Below are positions 27,558 through 37,811 of a DNA stretch of 64,000 nt, piece after piece (position 1 is the stretch's first letter; each line of letters starts with the position of its first letter). The stretch is from positions 124,160 to 188,159 of the forward strand of contig VFGW01000020.1 of the NCBI GenBank assembly GCA_009392295.1, written 5' to 3'. Source of the stretch: SAR202 cluster bacterium (GTDB lineage Bacteria > Chloroflexota > Dehalococcoidia > Lucifugimonadales > GCA-2719675). The notes under the pieces were generated by a model. The model was given only the letters and a program-made list of their open reading frames with translations. It did no database searches and was not told where the DNA came from. The translations under genes and the position numbers were made by a program.

Positions 27558-28103
27558 TTAATCCAAAACATCTTCGATAATTTTAATCAATTGATCTTTA
27601 CCTATATATCCTACCCAAACTTTATTAATCTTATGATTTTTATCCAATATGATTGTAGTCGGAAAACCTACAATTTCATATTTTTTCATAATTTCATTAT
27701 CTTTATCTGGTCCTAATAAAAAAGTTAATCCAAGTTGATCTACAAAATTTTGACCATCTTCTGGACTATCAATTCCTAATTGTTGAACACCAATAACCTG
27801 TAATTGTCCCACATATTCATTTGAAATATCTTCCAAATCTGGCATTTCAACACGACAAGGTGGACATGAAGGATAATAAAAATTTATCACTACAGGTGTA
27901 CCAATAAAGTCACTTAAACTGACTTGGTGGCCAAAATTATAATTGTTGTTCTTAAATACAGATAACTTGAAATCAGGAGCTTTTTTACCTATATCTACTG
28001 AATAAAAATAATTACATCCTAATCCTAAAAATATTACTGAAAAAGATATCAATAAAAATATAAAAGTAAGGAAATTTCTAAATGTTGAACTGGTTTTAAC
28101 CAT
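27558..28103 (-). CDS. TlpA/ResA-family membrane-anchored thiol:disulfide oxidoreductase
   Basis: 181 aa. An N-terminal anchor is followed by a thioredoxin fold with a CPPC active site (FYYPSCPPCRVEMP). Confidence 0.85.
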   Translation of the reverse strand: MVKTSSTFRNFLTFIFLLISFSVIFLGLGCNYFYSVDIGKKAPDFKLSVFKNNNYNFGHQVSLSDFIGTPVVINFYYPSCPPCRVEMPDLEDISNEYVGQLQVIGVQQLGIDSPEDGQNFVDQLGLTFLLGPDKDNEIMKKYEIVGFPTTIILDKNHKINKVWVGYIGKDQLIKIIEDVLD

Positions 28104-29433
28104 TATTCAGATTCAACCTAATTTGTTCAATTAAATCAGATATAGGAATTCTAATTTGCTCCATTGTATCTCGAAATCTCAGAGTCACACATTTATCGTC
28201 TAGCGAATCAAAATCAATTGTCACACATATAGGAGTTCCTATCTCATCTTGACGTCTATATCTTTTACCAATAGATTGAGAATCATCATATTCTACAACA
28301 CCAGTAGTAACAGCTGATGATTTAATATCTTTATAAATTTGAGTAGCTAAATCCGATAACACATCTTTCCGACTAAGAGGTAATACAGCCACTTTAATTG
28401 GTGCTAATTCAGGAGTCAATTTTAAAACAATTCTTGTGTCTGACTTACCATTTATACTTGATACAACTTCCTCCTGGTAAGAATCCAACAAAATTGCCAT
28501 AAAAATTCTGTCTACACCAGCAGATGGTTCAATCACATAAGGCACAATATGTTTTGATAATTTTTCATCAAAATATGATAATTTTTGACCAGTTTGTTTA
28601 GAATGAGCCTGTAAATCATAGTCCGTTCTATTTGCAATCCCTTGAATTTCACCCCAACCCCATGGAAATTGATACTCTATATCAGAAGTTGCTTTAGCAT
28701 AATGCGCTAACTCACCTTTGTCATGCTCGCGAATCCTTAATTTATCTGTATCCATTCCAAGATTTTTATACCAATTCATAAAATCAGTTACCCATTGATC
28801 ATAAACACGTTGATCATTTTCTGGATTAACAAAATATTCAATTTCCATCATTTCAAATTCTCGAGTTCTAAAAATAAAATTCCCTGTAGTAATCTCGTTT
28901 CTGAATGCTTTACCCAATTGAGCAATTCCAAATGGCAATTTCAATCTCATAGACTTCATTACGTTTTCAAAATTTACAAAAATTCCCTGAGCAGTCTCCG
29001 GTCGAAGATACACATTACTATTGTCATCTTTAATAGGACCCATATTTGTCTCAAACATCAAGTTAAACTGTCTTACATCGGTTAACGCACCACCACAATC
29101 AGGACAACTTTTTGATTCTAATTGATCTTCACGCCACCTTTTCCTACATGAAATGCAATCAACAAGTGGGTCAGAAAAATTCTCAACGTGTCCACTAACT
29201 TTCCAAACATCAGGATGCATTAAAATAGCTGAATCTAAACCAACAATATCATTCCTAGACCAAACAAAATTTTTCCACCAAGAAGTTTTAATATTATTTT
29301 TCAATTCAACTCCAAGTGGCCCATAGTCCCATGTACTAGCTAAACCGCCATAAATTTCACTACTTTGGAATAAAAAACCGCGCCTTTTACATAAAGATGT
29401 GATTGTTTTTAAATCAACTAAATCGTCCAACAT
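28096..29433 (-). CDS. glyQS: Glycine--tRNA ligase (dimeric alpha2 type)
   Basis: 445 aa. It has RRGFLFQSSEIYGGL...WDYGPLG, FRNEI..GNFIFRTREFEMMEIE and SAGVDR. Confidence 0.92.
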   Translation of the reverse strand: MLDDLVDLKTITSLCKRRGFLFQSSEIYGGLASTWDYGPLGVELKNNIKTSWWKNFVWSRNDIVGLDSAILMHPDVWKVSGHVENFSDPLVDCISCRKRWREDQLESKSCPDCGGALTDVRQFNLMFETNMGPIKDDNSNVYLRPETAQGIFVNFENVMKSMRLKLPFGIAQLGKAFRNEITTGNFIFRTREFEMMEIEYFVNPENDQRVYDQWVTDFMNWYKNLGMDTDKLRIREHDKGELAHYAKATSDIEYQFPWGWGEIQGIANRTDYDLQAHSKQTGQKLSYFDEKLSKHIVPYVIEPSAGVDRIFMAILLDSYQEEVVSSINGKSDTRIVLKLTPELAPIKVAVLPLSRKDVLSDLATQIYKDIKSSAVTTGVVEYDDSQSIGKRYRRQDEIGTPICVTIDFDSLDDKCVTLRFRDTMEQIRIPISDLIEQIRLNLNNG

Positions 29434-29441
29434 AAACCTCT

Positions 29442-31490
29442 CTATTTCGAAATCAATTGTTCGTAAAATACGTCTAAATCATTTGTAGGTTCTTTACATT
29501 CATAGTTTTGACAAACAAAAGCAGTAACTAAGCCATTAAGCATTTTTTTACCCTTCAAAAATAATATCTCCTGAAGCAATGGGTCAGATTCAGACACAGC
29601 AACTACAATTTTTGAAGGTAAATATATAGAATTTACCTTCCTAACAAAATCAAATGTTTTTGAATCTGTGGCTTCCCCAATTATTACAATTTCTTTGGTA
29701 TCATACATCATCATATCTGCAGAACAAAGCCATTGGCCTAAACCTACTGGTGCTTTTTCAGCAACAGGCAAAATGCTATCAACAACAATTTTTGCTACCT
29801 TCAATAATCTTTCGTCGCCAGTCAATAAACCAATTTTGTACAGCAATTCTACGGCAATTGATGAACCACAAGGGACAGCATTATCATAAATATCTCTAGG
29901 TCTAAGTAGTAAATCATCAGAAGTCTCTAAAGTATCAAAAAGCATTTCTTGACTTGAGTCCCAAAAATTTTCAAGAATTTTTTCAGATGCCCAAATAGCC
30001 CTCCGTATCCATTTAGAATCAAACGTAGCTTCATGTAAATCTAAACAAGCAATACCATAAAATGAATAATCTTCTAAATATCCAAAAGATTTTACCCTCC
30101 TATCACCAGATGAATGAAATAATTTACCATTATCAATCATATTTTCTTCTATGAAATCACCAGTATTTTTAGCTATAGAAATATATTCTTTATTTCCAAA
30201 AGAAATACCTGATTTTGCGTAAGCAGAAATCATTAATGAATTCCAAGAACATAATACCTTATCGTCAGTCTGGGGTGCATTTCTCTTATATCTAACATCT
30301 AACATCTTAGATTTAGCATCCAAAAGCAATTCTTCAAAATCTTGCTTGCGTAACTTTTCTTTCTGTATAAAATCATCTGTTTTAGTAGGAACACTAAGTA
30401 TGGAAAATCCATCAAAATTCCCACTTTTTGTAACACCAAAATACTTTTTAATCAAATGTCCATTAGTCTTCCCTAAAATTGAATCAATTTCATTAGGTTG
30501 CCAAGCAAAATAAATACCTTCTCCCAAATCACTATCCGCATCTTGAGATGAAGAAATACCACCATTATTTAACAACATTTCATCCCTAACATAATCTAAA
30601 ATTTCAATTACAACTTTCGAATATTGAATTTCCCCAAAAACTTTATAAGCATTTAAATATAATTTTGCCAATAAAGCATTATCATAAAGCATTTTTTCAA
30701 AATGCGGAATCAACCAAAATTTATCAGTGGAATACCGGTGAAAGCCTCCCCTTAATTGATCATAAATTCCGCCAAACATCATTAAATCTAATGTTTTAGT
30801 CACAGCCTTAATTATTTGATCTTCAGAATTAGAATAATTTCGACTCAATAAGAATTCATATATCATTGGTTGTGGAAATTTAGGCTCGCTACCAATACCA
30901 CCATTATTCCAATCAACTTCTTTAATTATTTCATTTTTCGCGTTAGCCAAAGAAGTAGCTGGAAACTCTGCGCCGGAGAATTGCCTATAATTTACTTGTG
31001 CAATTCTTTGAACAACATTATCAGATACCGACTGTACATCATTCCGTCTGTTATTGAAAGCATCTGAAACTGATAAAAGTATTGTTGGAAAACCAGCAAT
31101 TCCATTTCTATCTTCTGGCGGGAAATACGTTCCTGCAAAAAATGGTTTCCTATCTGGAGTTAAAAATACTGTCATTGGCCAACCACCTTGACCTGAAATA
31201 GATTGAACTGCAGACATATAAATATAATCTAAATCTGGTCTTTCTTCTCTATCTACTTTGATATTTATAAAATGTTCATTCATGATTTTTGCTATAGTGT
31301 CGTTTTCAAAAGATTCTTTCTCCATGACATGACACCAATGACATGATGAATAACCTATACTCAGCAATATTGGTTTGTCTGAAGCTTTAGCTATAGCTAA
31401 AGCTTCAGAAGACCAAGGATACCAATCAACAGGATTCTCAGCATGCTGTAGTAAATACAAACTCGTTTCATTTATTAATCTGTTACTCAA
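29442..31490 (-). CDS. Thioredoxin-domain protein of the DUF255 / YyaL family (N-terminal Trx-like domain plus a six-hairpin glycosidase-like domain)
   Basis: 682 aa. It has [24 protein letters not shown] and [19 protein letters not shown]. Confidence 0.87.
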   Translation of the reverse strand: MSNRLINETSLYLLQHAENPVDWYPWSSEALAIAKASDKPILLSIGYSSCHWCHVMEKESFENDTIAKIMNEHFINIKVDREERPDLDYIYMSAVQSISGQGGWPMTVFLTPDRKPFFAGTYFPPEDRNGIAGFPTILLSVSDAFNNRRNDVQSVSDNVVQRIAQVNYRQFSGAEFPATSLANAKNEIIKEVDWNNGGIGSEPKFPQPMIYEFLLSRNYSNSEDQIIKAVTKTLDLMMFGGIYDQLRGGFHRYSTDKFWLIPHFEKMLYDNALLAKLYLNAYKVFGEIQYSKVVIEILDYVRDEMLLNNGGISSSQDADSDLGEGIYFAWQPNEIDSILGKTNGHLIKKYFGVTKSGNFDGFSILSVPTKTDDFIQKEKLRKQDFEELLLDAKSKMLDVRYKRNAPQTDDKVLCSWNSLMISAYAKSGISFGNKEYISIAKNTGDFIEENMIDNGKLFHSSGDRRVKSFGYLEDYSFYGIACLDLHEATFDSKWIRRAIWASEKILENFWDSSQEMLFDTLETSDDLLLRPRDIYDNAVPCGSSIAVELLYKIGLLTGDERLLKVAKIVVDSILPVAEKAPVGLGQWLCSADMMMYDTKEIVIIGEATDSKTFDFVRKVNSIYLPSKIVVAVSESDPLLQEILFLKGKKMLNGLVTAFVCQNYECKEPTNDLDVFYEQLISK

Positions 31491-31623
31491 AATATACCCT
31501 AATAATATTCTATGAAAGAAACATTTTATAATATGGTATCAATAATCATTATTTATTCACATTAATTTGAAGAATCTAAATTGACCTAAAAACCTTTTTA
31601 TCGGACAATATGCGAAATTAAAT

Positions 31624-33027
31624 TTGAAGAATTCGAAAATGATTAATAATGGATCAAACAATAAACTCGAAACATATTCTCATTTAATGCGCCGTGCTGG
31701 TGTAGGTTGTTCTATCGATGAATTAAACGAAATTTCCCAAATACCCTACGAAAAATTTGTAGACCAAATTTTATCACCCGAAAATCCTGATTCCTTTGAC
31801 GAAGATAATTTTGATAGATATTTTTCGCATGAAGGTATCGATATTTGGTCTGGCAGATGGTTATACAGAATAATAAATGGTGGCTACCCACTTCGTGAGA
31901 AAATATCTATATTTTGGCATCAGATTTTCGCAACTGCTTGGTTCAAAAGTGAGCATCCAAACTCACTAATTAATCAACTTGAAATGTTTAGAGAAGTTGG
32001 TTTATCAGATTTGAAAACTATTTTAACTTCATTATCTAAAGATCCTGCGATGTTATTTTGGCTTGATAATAACGACAATATTGACGGAGAACCTAATGAA
32101 AATTATGGAAGGGAATTAATGGAATTATTCTCTATGGGAGTAAATAATTATACTGAAAACGATGTTAAAAATGCTGCCCTTGCTTTCACTGGATGGACTT
32201 TTACTCAACCTATACCTTTATATCCTACAGGCCATTACGCTTCAAATTTTAAATACGAAGAGTTTCGACATAACCAAGATTCCAAAAATTTTTTAGGACA
32301 CACGGGAAATTTTAATGGTGAAGATGTCATTGATATTATAGTCCATCAGCCTGCAACAGCTAATTTTATTTGTAGACATATTTACAATTTCTTTGTAGAA
32401 GACGAACCACAAGTACCAGCATGGAATATTGTAGCTCCCAAAAACCCTGAAGCTATTAAAGATCTTACAGATTCTTACCATAAATCCAATGGAAATATAA
32501 AAGAAATTTTAAGAACACTTTTCAACTCTGAATGGTTTAAAAAATCAAAATTCAAACATCTAAAAAGCCCTGCAGAACTAGTAGCGCATACTCTCAAAAC
32601 ATCTGGAAATTTAAGAGAAATCAAACCAGGAATACTAGATTATGTTTCAGCTATAACTAACATGGGCCAACATCTCCTTAATCCACCAACGGTTGAAGGA
32701 TGGCACACCGGAAAAGAATGGATCGATGGCGGCACATTAAATGAAAGAGTTAACTTTGCTGTCTCGGAAATGAATGATCCTAACAAACCAGGAATCAAGG
32801 AAATAATTAATCAAATTAAAACTTCTAAAGATGAAATTACTAACGAAAATCTTATTGATTTATGTATAAAACTCGTAGGTCAATCAAATATAACTTCAAA
32901 AACCAAAAATGATCTTTTAGAATATTCAAAAAAAATCGAAGGTAAAAGCTTAAAAAAACATTTAGATCGAACAGTTATAAAATTAATCCAAGTTATAGTG
33001 TCTACAAAAGAATATCAATTCTCATAA
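31624..33027 (+). CDS. DUF1800 family protein
   Basis: 467 aa. It has HLMRRAGVG, FWHQIFAT, NENYGRELMELFSMGV and PPTVEGW. The start could be TTG 31624 or ATG 31639. It has no signal peptide. Confidence 0.75.
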   Translation: MKNSKMINNGSNNKLETYSHLMRRAGVGCSIDELNEISQIPYEKFVDQILSPENPDSFDEDNFDRYFSHEGIDIWSGRWLYRIINGGYPLREKISIFWHQIFATAWFKSEHPNSLINQLEMFREVGLSDLKTILTSLSKDPAMLFWLDNNDNIDGEPNENYGRELMELFSMGVNNYTENDVKNAALAFTGWTFTQPIPLYPTGHYASNFKYEEFRHNQDSKNFLGHTGNFNGEDVIDIIVHQPATANFICRHIYNFFVEDEPQVPAWNIVAPKNPEAIKDLTDSYHKSNGNIKEILRTLFNSEWFKKSKFKHLKSPAELVAHTLKTSGNLREIKPGILDYVSAITNMGQHLLNPPTVEGWHTGKEWIDGGTLNERVNFAVSEMNDPNKPGIKEIINQIKTSKDEITNENLIDLCIKLVGQSNITSKTKNDLLEYSKKIEGKSLKKHLDRTVIKLIQVIVSTKEYQFS

Positions 33028-33038
33028 AACAAAAAAGG

Positions 33039-34172
33039 ATGAATATCATGGAAAATAATAATCATGTCTTAGTCGTTTTACAACTTACTGGAGGCAATGA
33101 CTTTATTAATACAATTGTCCCATATTCTAATCCACACTATTACGATGCTAGAAAAAAAATTGTAGTCCCTGAAGACCAGGTACTTCAAATCGACGACAAT
33201 ATTGGGTTCCATCAAAACATGGCTCCAATAAAAGAATTATATGACCAAGGTAGTGTTGCAATAATTCAAGGAATTGGATATCCAAATTCAAGCAGATCTC
33301 ACTTTAGAGCACTTGATATCTGGCATACTTGTGAACCTGAAACAGTTGGAACTGAAGGCTGGTTAGGGAAAGCAATTACTGCACTTGATCCCAAAAAAGA
33401 AAACGTATTGACAGGTGTAAATTTTGGCAGAGGTTTACCTCGAGCACTTTCTTCACCTGGGGTTCCTGTTACATCTGTAGGAGATTTAGATAATTATGGC
33501 CTTATGACTCCTATCCAAAACAAAAATGAAAGAACTGAGGCATTGAAAATTTTTAAATCAATGTATGCGCCTGCAATAGGGAATGGTCCAGTAATGGATT
33601 ATTTATCTCAAACTGGCCAAAATCTTTTAGTTGGTGCTGACATGCTTAAAGTTGCACCTATTAATTACAAATCAGAAATCGAATATGGGAATACTCAAAT
33701 TGCAAAAAGTCTACGAGATGTAGCAAGAGTCCATTTAGCGAACCTAGGCACCCAAATATTTTTTGTTTCCCAAGGAGGCTATGATACTCACTCTACCCAA
33801 ACTCCTGTACAACCAGTTTTAATTGAAGACTTATCTAAAGCAATAAATGATTTCTTCCAAGATCTAAGAAATCAAAATGCTTCAAAAAACGTAGCCATGC
33901 TTGTTTTTACAGAATTTGGACGAAGAATGCAGGATAATGGAAGCGGAACTGATCATGGATCTGGGGGAGGAGCTTTCATTATAGGAGATTCTATCAAAGG
34001 TGGTCTATATTCAGAATATCCTAGATTAGAACCAGAGAACTGGGAGAATGGTGAAGATTTAGAACATACTATAGACTTCAGAGGTGTTTACGGAACATTA
34101 TTAGAGCAATGGATGAACATTGAACCTTCGGAAATTGTAGGTGGCCAGTTTGAACAGATTGGGGTGTTTTAA
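33039..34172 (+). CDS. DUF1501 family (sulfatase-like) protein
   Basis: 377 aa. It has LVVLQLTGGNDFINTIVPY, IQGIGYPNSSRSHF, GGYDTHS, FTEFGRR and GTDHG. It lacks the Tat leader usual in this family. The start is more likely ATG 33048, which has better SD spacing. Confidence 0.8.
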   Translation: MNIMENNNHVLVVLQLTGGNDFINTIVPYSNPHYYDARKKIVVPEDQVLQIDDNIGFHQNMAPIKELYDQGSVAIIQGIGYPNSSRSHFRALDIWHTCEPETVGTEGWLGKAITALDPKKENVLTGVNFGRGLPRALSSPGVPVTSVGDLDNYGLMTPIQNKNERTEALKIFKSMYAPAIGNGPVMDYLSQTGQNLLVGADMLKVAPINYKSEIEYGNTQIAKSLRDVARVHLANLGTQIFFVSQGGYDTHSTQTPVQPVLIEDLSKAINDFFQDLRNQNASKNVAMLVFTEFGRRMQDNGSGTDHGSGGGAFIIGDSIKGGLYSEYPRLEPENWENGEDLEHTIDFRGVYGTLLEQWMNIEPSEIVGGQFEQIGVF

Positions 34173-34179
34173 TCTGAAA

Positions 34180-35199
34180 ATGAAAACTTCAAAACCTTAT
34201 GCATTACTCAGAAGTGGTTTCCCATATAAAAAATCACTAGGAATGAGAAGACTTACAAACCATCCAACTTCAGTTGGAATATATAATTCAAAAATCTATA
34301 TTTTATGTAGATCTGAAGGTGCTGCTACCATAAGAATTCTAACTTATGATGATGAAGATTTAGGTACAATCGGAAAATATGGATCCGATTCAGAAGAACA
34401 CCTTTTATGGCCTAACACGATCAAATTTGATAAATATGGAAATCTGTTCATTTCTGATGAAGGAAAACACAAAATTATTATCCTTTCTGAAACTGGAAAA
34501 TTTATCAAAAGTTGGGGAATTAAAGGTGACAAAGAAGGTCAGTTTAATCGTCCTTCTGGAATATGTTTCACTTCCAATGGAAATTTGATTGTTTCAGACA
34601 CTTTAAACCATAGAATACAAGAATATACTCCAGATGGAAATTTCGTTAGACAATTTGGCAAAAATGGTACTAATAAAGGGCACTTCAACATGCCATGGGG
34701 AGTTGCAACTGACTCAAAAGATAATATCTACGTATCTGACTGGAAAACAAATCGAATTCAAAAATTTTCTTATTCAAATGATTACCTTTTCAGCATAGGT
34801 AAAAAGGGAACTAATAACGGATATTTTAATCAACCTACCTACCTAGAAGTAGATCCACATGATGACCTTTATGTATCTGATACATTTAACAATAGAGTCC
34901 AACAATTTAACGAAAACGGAATGTATCTAGATAAATTCACCGGAAACTCTTCTCTTAGTAAATCTGGAATAGATTACTTGTTATCAAATGCATATCCAAT
35001 GAGGTTACGTGAAATGACTAGTTTGGAAGAACAAAAATTACTTAGAAAACCACGTGGATTAACTTTTGATAATGATTTAAATCTATTTATATGTGATTAT
35101 TGGTCATATAGAGTACAAATTTATGAAAAACAAACAATCCCACTCAAAGAATCTGACATCTCACCTCCAATTCGATCTTCTTCTTTATTGGTGACTTAA
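34180..35199 (+). CDS. NHL-repeat beta-propeller protein
   Basis: The start is taken at MKTSKPYALL. The track start at 34141 would overlap the DUF1501 gene. It has blades LFISDEGKHKIIIL, LIVSDTLNHRIQEY, IYVSDWKTNRIQKF and LYVSDTFNNRVQQF. Confidence 0.8.
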   Translation: MKTSKPYALLRSGFPYKKSLGMRRLTNHPTSVGIYNSKIYILCRSEGAATIRILTYDDEDLGTIGKYGSDSEEHLLWPNTIKFDKYGNLFISDEGKHKIIILSETGKFIKSWGIKGDKEGQFNRPSGICFTSNGNLIVSDTLNHRIQEYTPDGNFVRQFGKNGTNKGHFNMPWGVATDSKDNIYVSDWKTNRIQKFSYSNDYLFSIGKKGTNNGYFNQPTYLEVDPHDDLYVSDTFNNRVQQFNENGMYLDKFTGNSSLSKSGIDYLLSNAYPMRLREMTSLEEQKLLRKPRGLTFDNDLNLFICDYWSYRVQIYEKQTIPLKESDISPPIRSSSLLVT

Positions 35200-35206
35200 T
35201 AAATTT

Positions 35207-36787
35207 ATGAAAACTCACTATGATTACATTATTGTTGGAAGTGGGTCTGCTGGCTCAATAATCGCAACGAGACTTTCCGAAAACTCTACAAAATCAATTC
35301 TTTTGATTGAAGCTGGCGAAGATTATAGGGACTTCAATTCTCTTCCTAATGATTTTAAATACGGATTTGGACCAGAGCTCACAAATGACTGGTGGATTAA
35401 ATCTGGCAACAAAAATAGATCACTTTTTGTAGCAAACTCCACTGAAGAACAAAAATCCCCTATGTTAATACCTAGAGGCAAAGTTGTTGGCGGATCAAGT
35501 GCAGTAAATGCTCAAATATTTTTAAGAGGTGATCCAGATGATTATAACTCTTGGGCCGAAAATGGCAATTACGAATGGAGCTTTGAAAAATGTCTTCCTG
35601 AATTTATAAAAATTGAAAATGATCTAGACTTTGCTGGAGATTTCCACGGGAAAAAAGGACCTATACAAGTTCGCAGACATACAAAAGACGAAATGACACA
35701 GGACGCTATCGCATTTGACGAAGGATTCCAATCAATAGGATTTCCTCCAACCAAAGACCATAACGATCCAGATTCTACTGGTGTAGGACCACTACCTTTT
35801 AATACAGTTAATCGAATTCGTCAAAATGCTGCAATGTGTTATTTGAATCCTATTAGATCAAGAAAAAATCTTCATTTGAAAAGCAATTCATTAGTACAAA
35901 AAATCATCATAAAAGATTCAAAAGCTATTGGTGTAGAAGTAATTCAAAATCAAAAAGTTTCAAACTTTTATTCTGAAGAAACCATCATATGTGCAGGAGC
36001 TATCGGATCTCCACATCTACTTATGCTTTCTGGCATTGGACCTGCAGAACACCTTAAAGAAATTGGAATCAATCTTATAAATCATCTACCTGGAGTCGGT
36101 AAAAACCTCCGTGACCATCCACAAGTTAATCTAACTTGGGGAAAAAAAGATTCATATATTCACGAAAAACAAAGTTTAAAAAGAGGTGTCACGATTGGAT
36201 TACGTTATACAGCAACAGGATCCAATTCAAATAATGATATGCTGATACACAATACAGCAACAATATTTCCAAGCATTTACTTTGGCGCTCATTCTAAAGA
36301 TAAATATAGTGGCATAGGAATGATTGTTTGCTTATATTTAGCATTAGGTAGCGGAGAATTAAAATTACGCGCACCCAATCCGTTAATTCAACCCCTGCTC
36401 AACTATAATTATTTCCAAGAAGAAGAAGATTTACGTAGAATGCGAGAAGGTGTAAGGCTAGCTTTACAGGTCGGGGAGAATGCTTCTTATTCAAAAATTA
36501 TTTCGAGTATAATTAAACCTTCACTTCAACAAATAAATGATGATAAATTACTTAACCATTGGATCAAACAAAATGCAAGAACCAGCCATCATATCAGTGG
36601 AACATGTAAGTTAGGAACTGAAAAAGACTCCATGTCTGTAGTCAACCAATACGGAAAAGTGCATGGAATAAAAAATCTACGAATTGCAGATGCATCAATA
36701 ATGCCTGATTGTGTTAGAGCAAATACTAATCTTCCAACCATGATGATAGCTGAAAAAATTTCACAATTTATTTCAAACGGAAAATAA
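35207..36787 (+). CDS. GMC-family FAD oxidoreductase (choline dehydrogenase-like)
   Basis: 526 aa. It has YDYIIVGSGSAGSIIATRLSE, GKVVGGSSAVNA, and the C-terminal HHISGTCKLG and DASIMP. Confidence 0.9.
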   Translation: MKTHYDYIIVGSGSAGSIIATRLSENSTKSILLIEAGEDYRDFNSLPNDFKYGFGPELTNDWWIKSGNKNRSLFVANSTEEQKSPMLIPRGKVVGGSSAVNAQIFLRGDPDDYNSWAENGNYEWSFEKCLPEFIKIENDLDFAGDFHGKKGPIQVRRHTKDEMTQDAIAFDEGFQSIGFPPTKDHNDPDSTGVGPLPFNTVNRIRQNAAMCYLNPIRSRKNLHLKSNSLVQKIIIKDSKAIGVEVIQNQKVSNFYSEETIICAGAIGSPHLLMLSGIGPAEHLKEIGINLINHLPGVGKNLRDHPQVNLTWGKKDSYIHEKQSLKRGVTIGLRYTATGSNSNNDMLIHNTATIFPSIYFGAHSKDKYSGIGMIVCLYLALGSGELKLRAPNPLIQPLLNYNYFQEEEDLRRMREGVRLALQVGENASYSKIISSIIKPSLQQINDDKLLNHWIKQNARTSHHISGTCKLGTEKDSMSVVNQYGKVHGIKNLRIADASIMPDCVRANTNLPTMMIAEKISQFISNGK

Positions 36788-36843
36788 ACTTTAATTTATA
36801 TTATTAATTATTGCCTTGACAAATATATCTAGGGCTAGAAGAG

Positions 36844-37785
36844 CTACTGAAGACTCCATGTCTGTGGTGCAAATTTTTCAAGAGCCTTAGATGCCTCTTC
36901 GGTAGAAGCATTTATTAAACGTGCCTCAAGAATTTGTTGATCATTTTTAGTACCAAATCCTGTAATTTTTAATCCTGCAGAAAGATCAGCAACTGCAATG
37001 CTAGAAGTGTTTAATATCGCGGTGGCAGGATTAACATTTACTGATAGGGGACCTCTGGTAGTTTCAATAGTAATTTTTGATTTATCTATTTCTGTAATTT
37101 TACCTGACAAAAAGTTACCTGGCTGAGAAGAATTTCTACCCATTCCACCTCGTCTAAAGTTATTGGGATTTTGTTCTAAAATCCTTATAAAAGTAGCAGA
37201 AGTTTGTCCATCTTCAGATCTTTCACCAACAATTTGAATATTTGTGTCAATTTTCAAATCTTTTAACGATATTAAAGAACTAAACCTAATAGTTGTATCT
37301 TCAGAAATAGAAATCTCTGTAGAAGAGTCAGCTGATTTTATGGTAATAAAATTATCTTTAATTTCTAATATCTCACCTTCAATAGAAGATCCACTAAATC
37401 CACGAGAACCACCACCCATTCCACCACGTCCACCTGATCCACCAGCACCTTGAAACTGTTGTCTTAATTTAGCTATCTCATCTGGAGTTAGCTGTGCACC
37501 TGAACGAAATTTCTCTCTAATAGCTTGTATCTCTTTTTCACTCAATGGTGCAGTAGTAGCCGACGAAGAATCAGATTTTTCTTCTTGAGATTTAGCTGTT
37601 TCGGGTTGCTTAGATTGATTAGAATTTTCAGAATTGAATTTTGACACAGTAGGGGTTGGAAATGCGATTGCAGACTTTACTTGTTTTTCTTCACCGAACG
37701 GATCAAAAACAATTAATACACTACTTAATAAAGCACCCAATATTAAAGCAAGGAAAAATAAAACCGCAAAACTTTTCACATTCAT
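36844..37785 (-). CDS. Membrane-anchored Gly/Arg-rich protein with two DUF5666-like beta-domains
   Basis: 313 aa. An N-terminal TM helix is followed by an S/Q/E-rich linker. Then come two units, each an RGGMG-type Gly/Arg stretch followed by G.I.EI.K..ITI...... (IEGEILEIKDNFITIKSAD and LSGKITEIDKSKITIETTRG). It is the last gene of the MacB-type operon. Confidence 0.55.
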   Translation of the reverse strand: MNVKSFAVLFFLALILGALLSSVLIVFDPFGEEKQVKSAIAFPTPTVSKFNSENSNQSKQPETAKSQEEKSDSSSATTAPLSEKEIQAIREKFRSGAQLTPDEIAKLRQQFQGAGGSGGRGGMGGGSRGFSGSSIEGEILEIKDNFITIKSADSSTEISISEDTTIRFSSLISLKDLKIDTNIQIVGERSEDGQTSATFIRILEQNPNNFRRGGMGRNSSQPGNFLSGKITEIDKSKITIETTRGPLSVNVNPATAILNTSSIAVADLSAGLKITGFGTKNDQQILEARLINASTEEASKALEKFAPQTWSLQ

Positions 37786-37811
37786 AATTTCCTCCTTAAA
37801 TCCTAAATAAC

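Noticed and set aside
34141-34179. Upstream extension of the NHL gene overlapping the DUF1501 gene end
   Set aside because: It uses a non-ATG start inside the preceding gene. The ATG at 34180 follows the DUF1501 stop by 7 nt.
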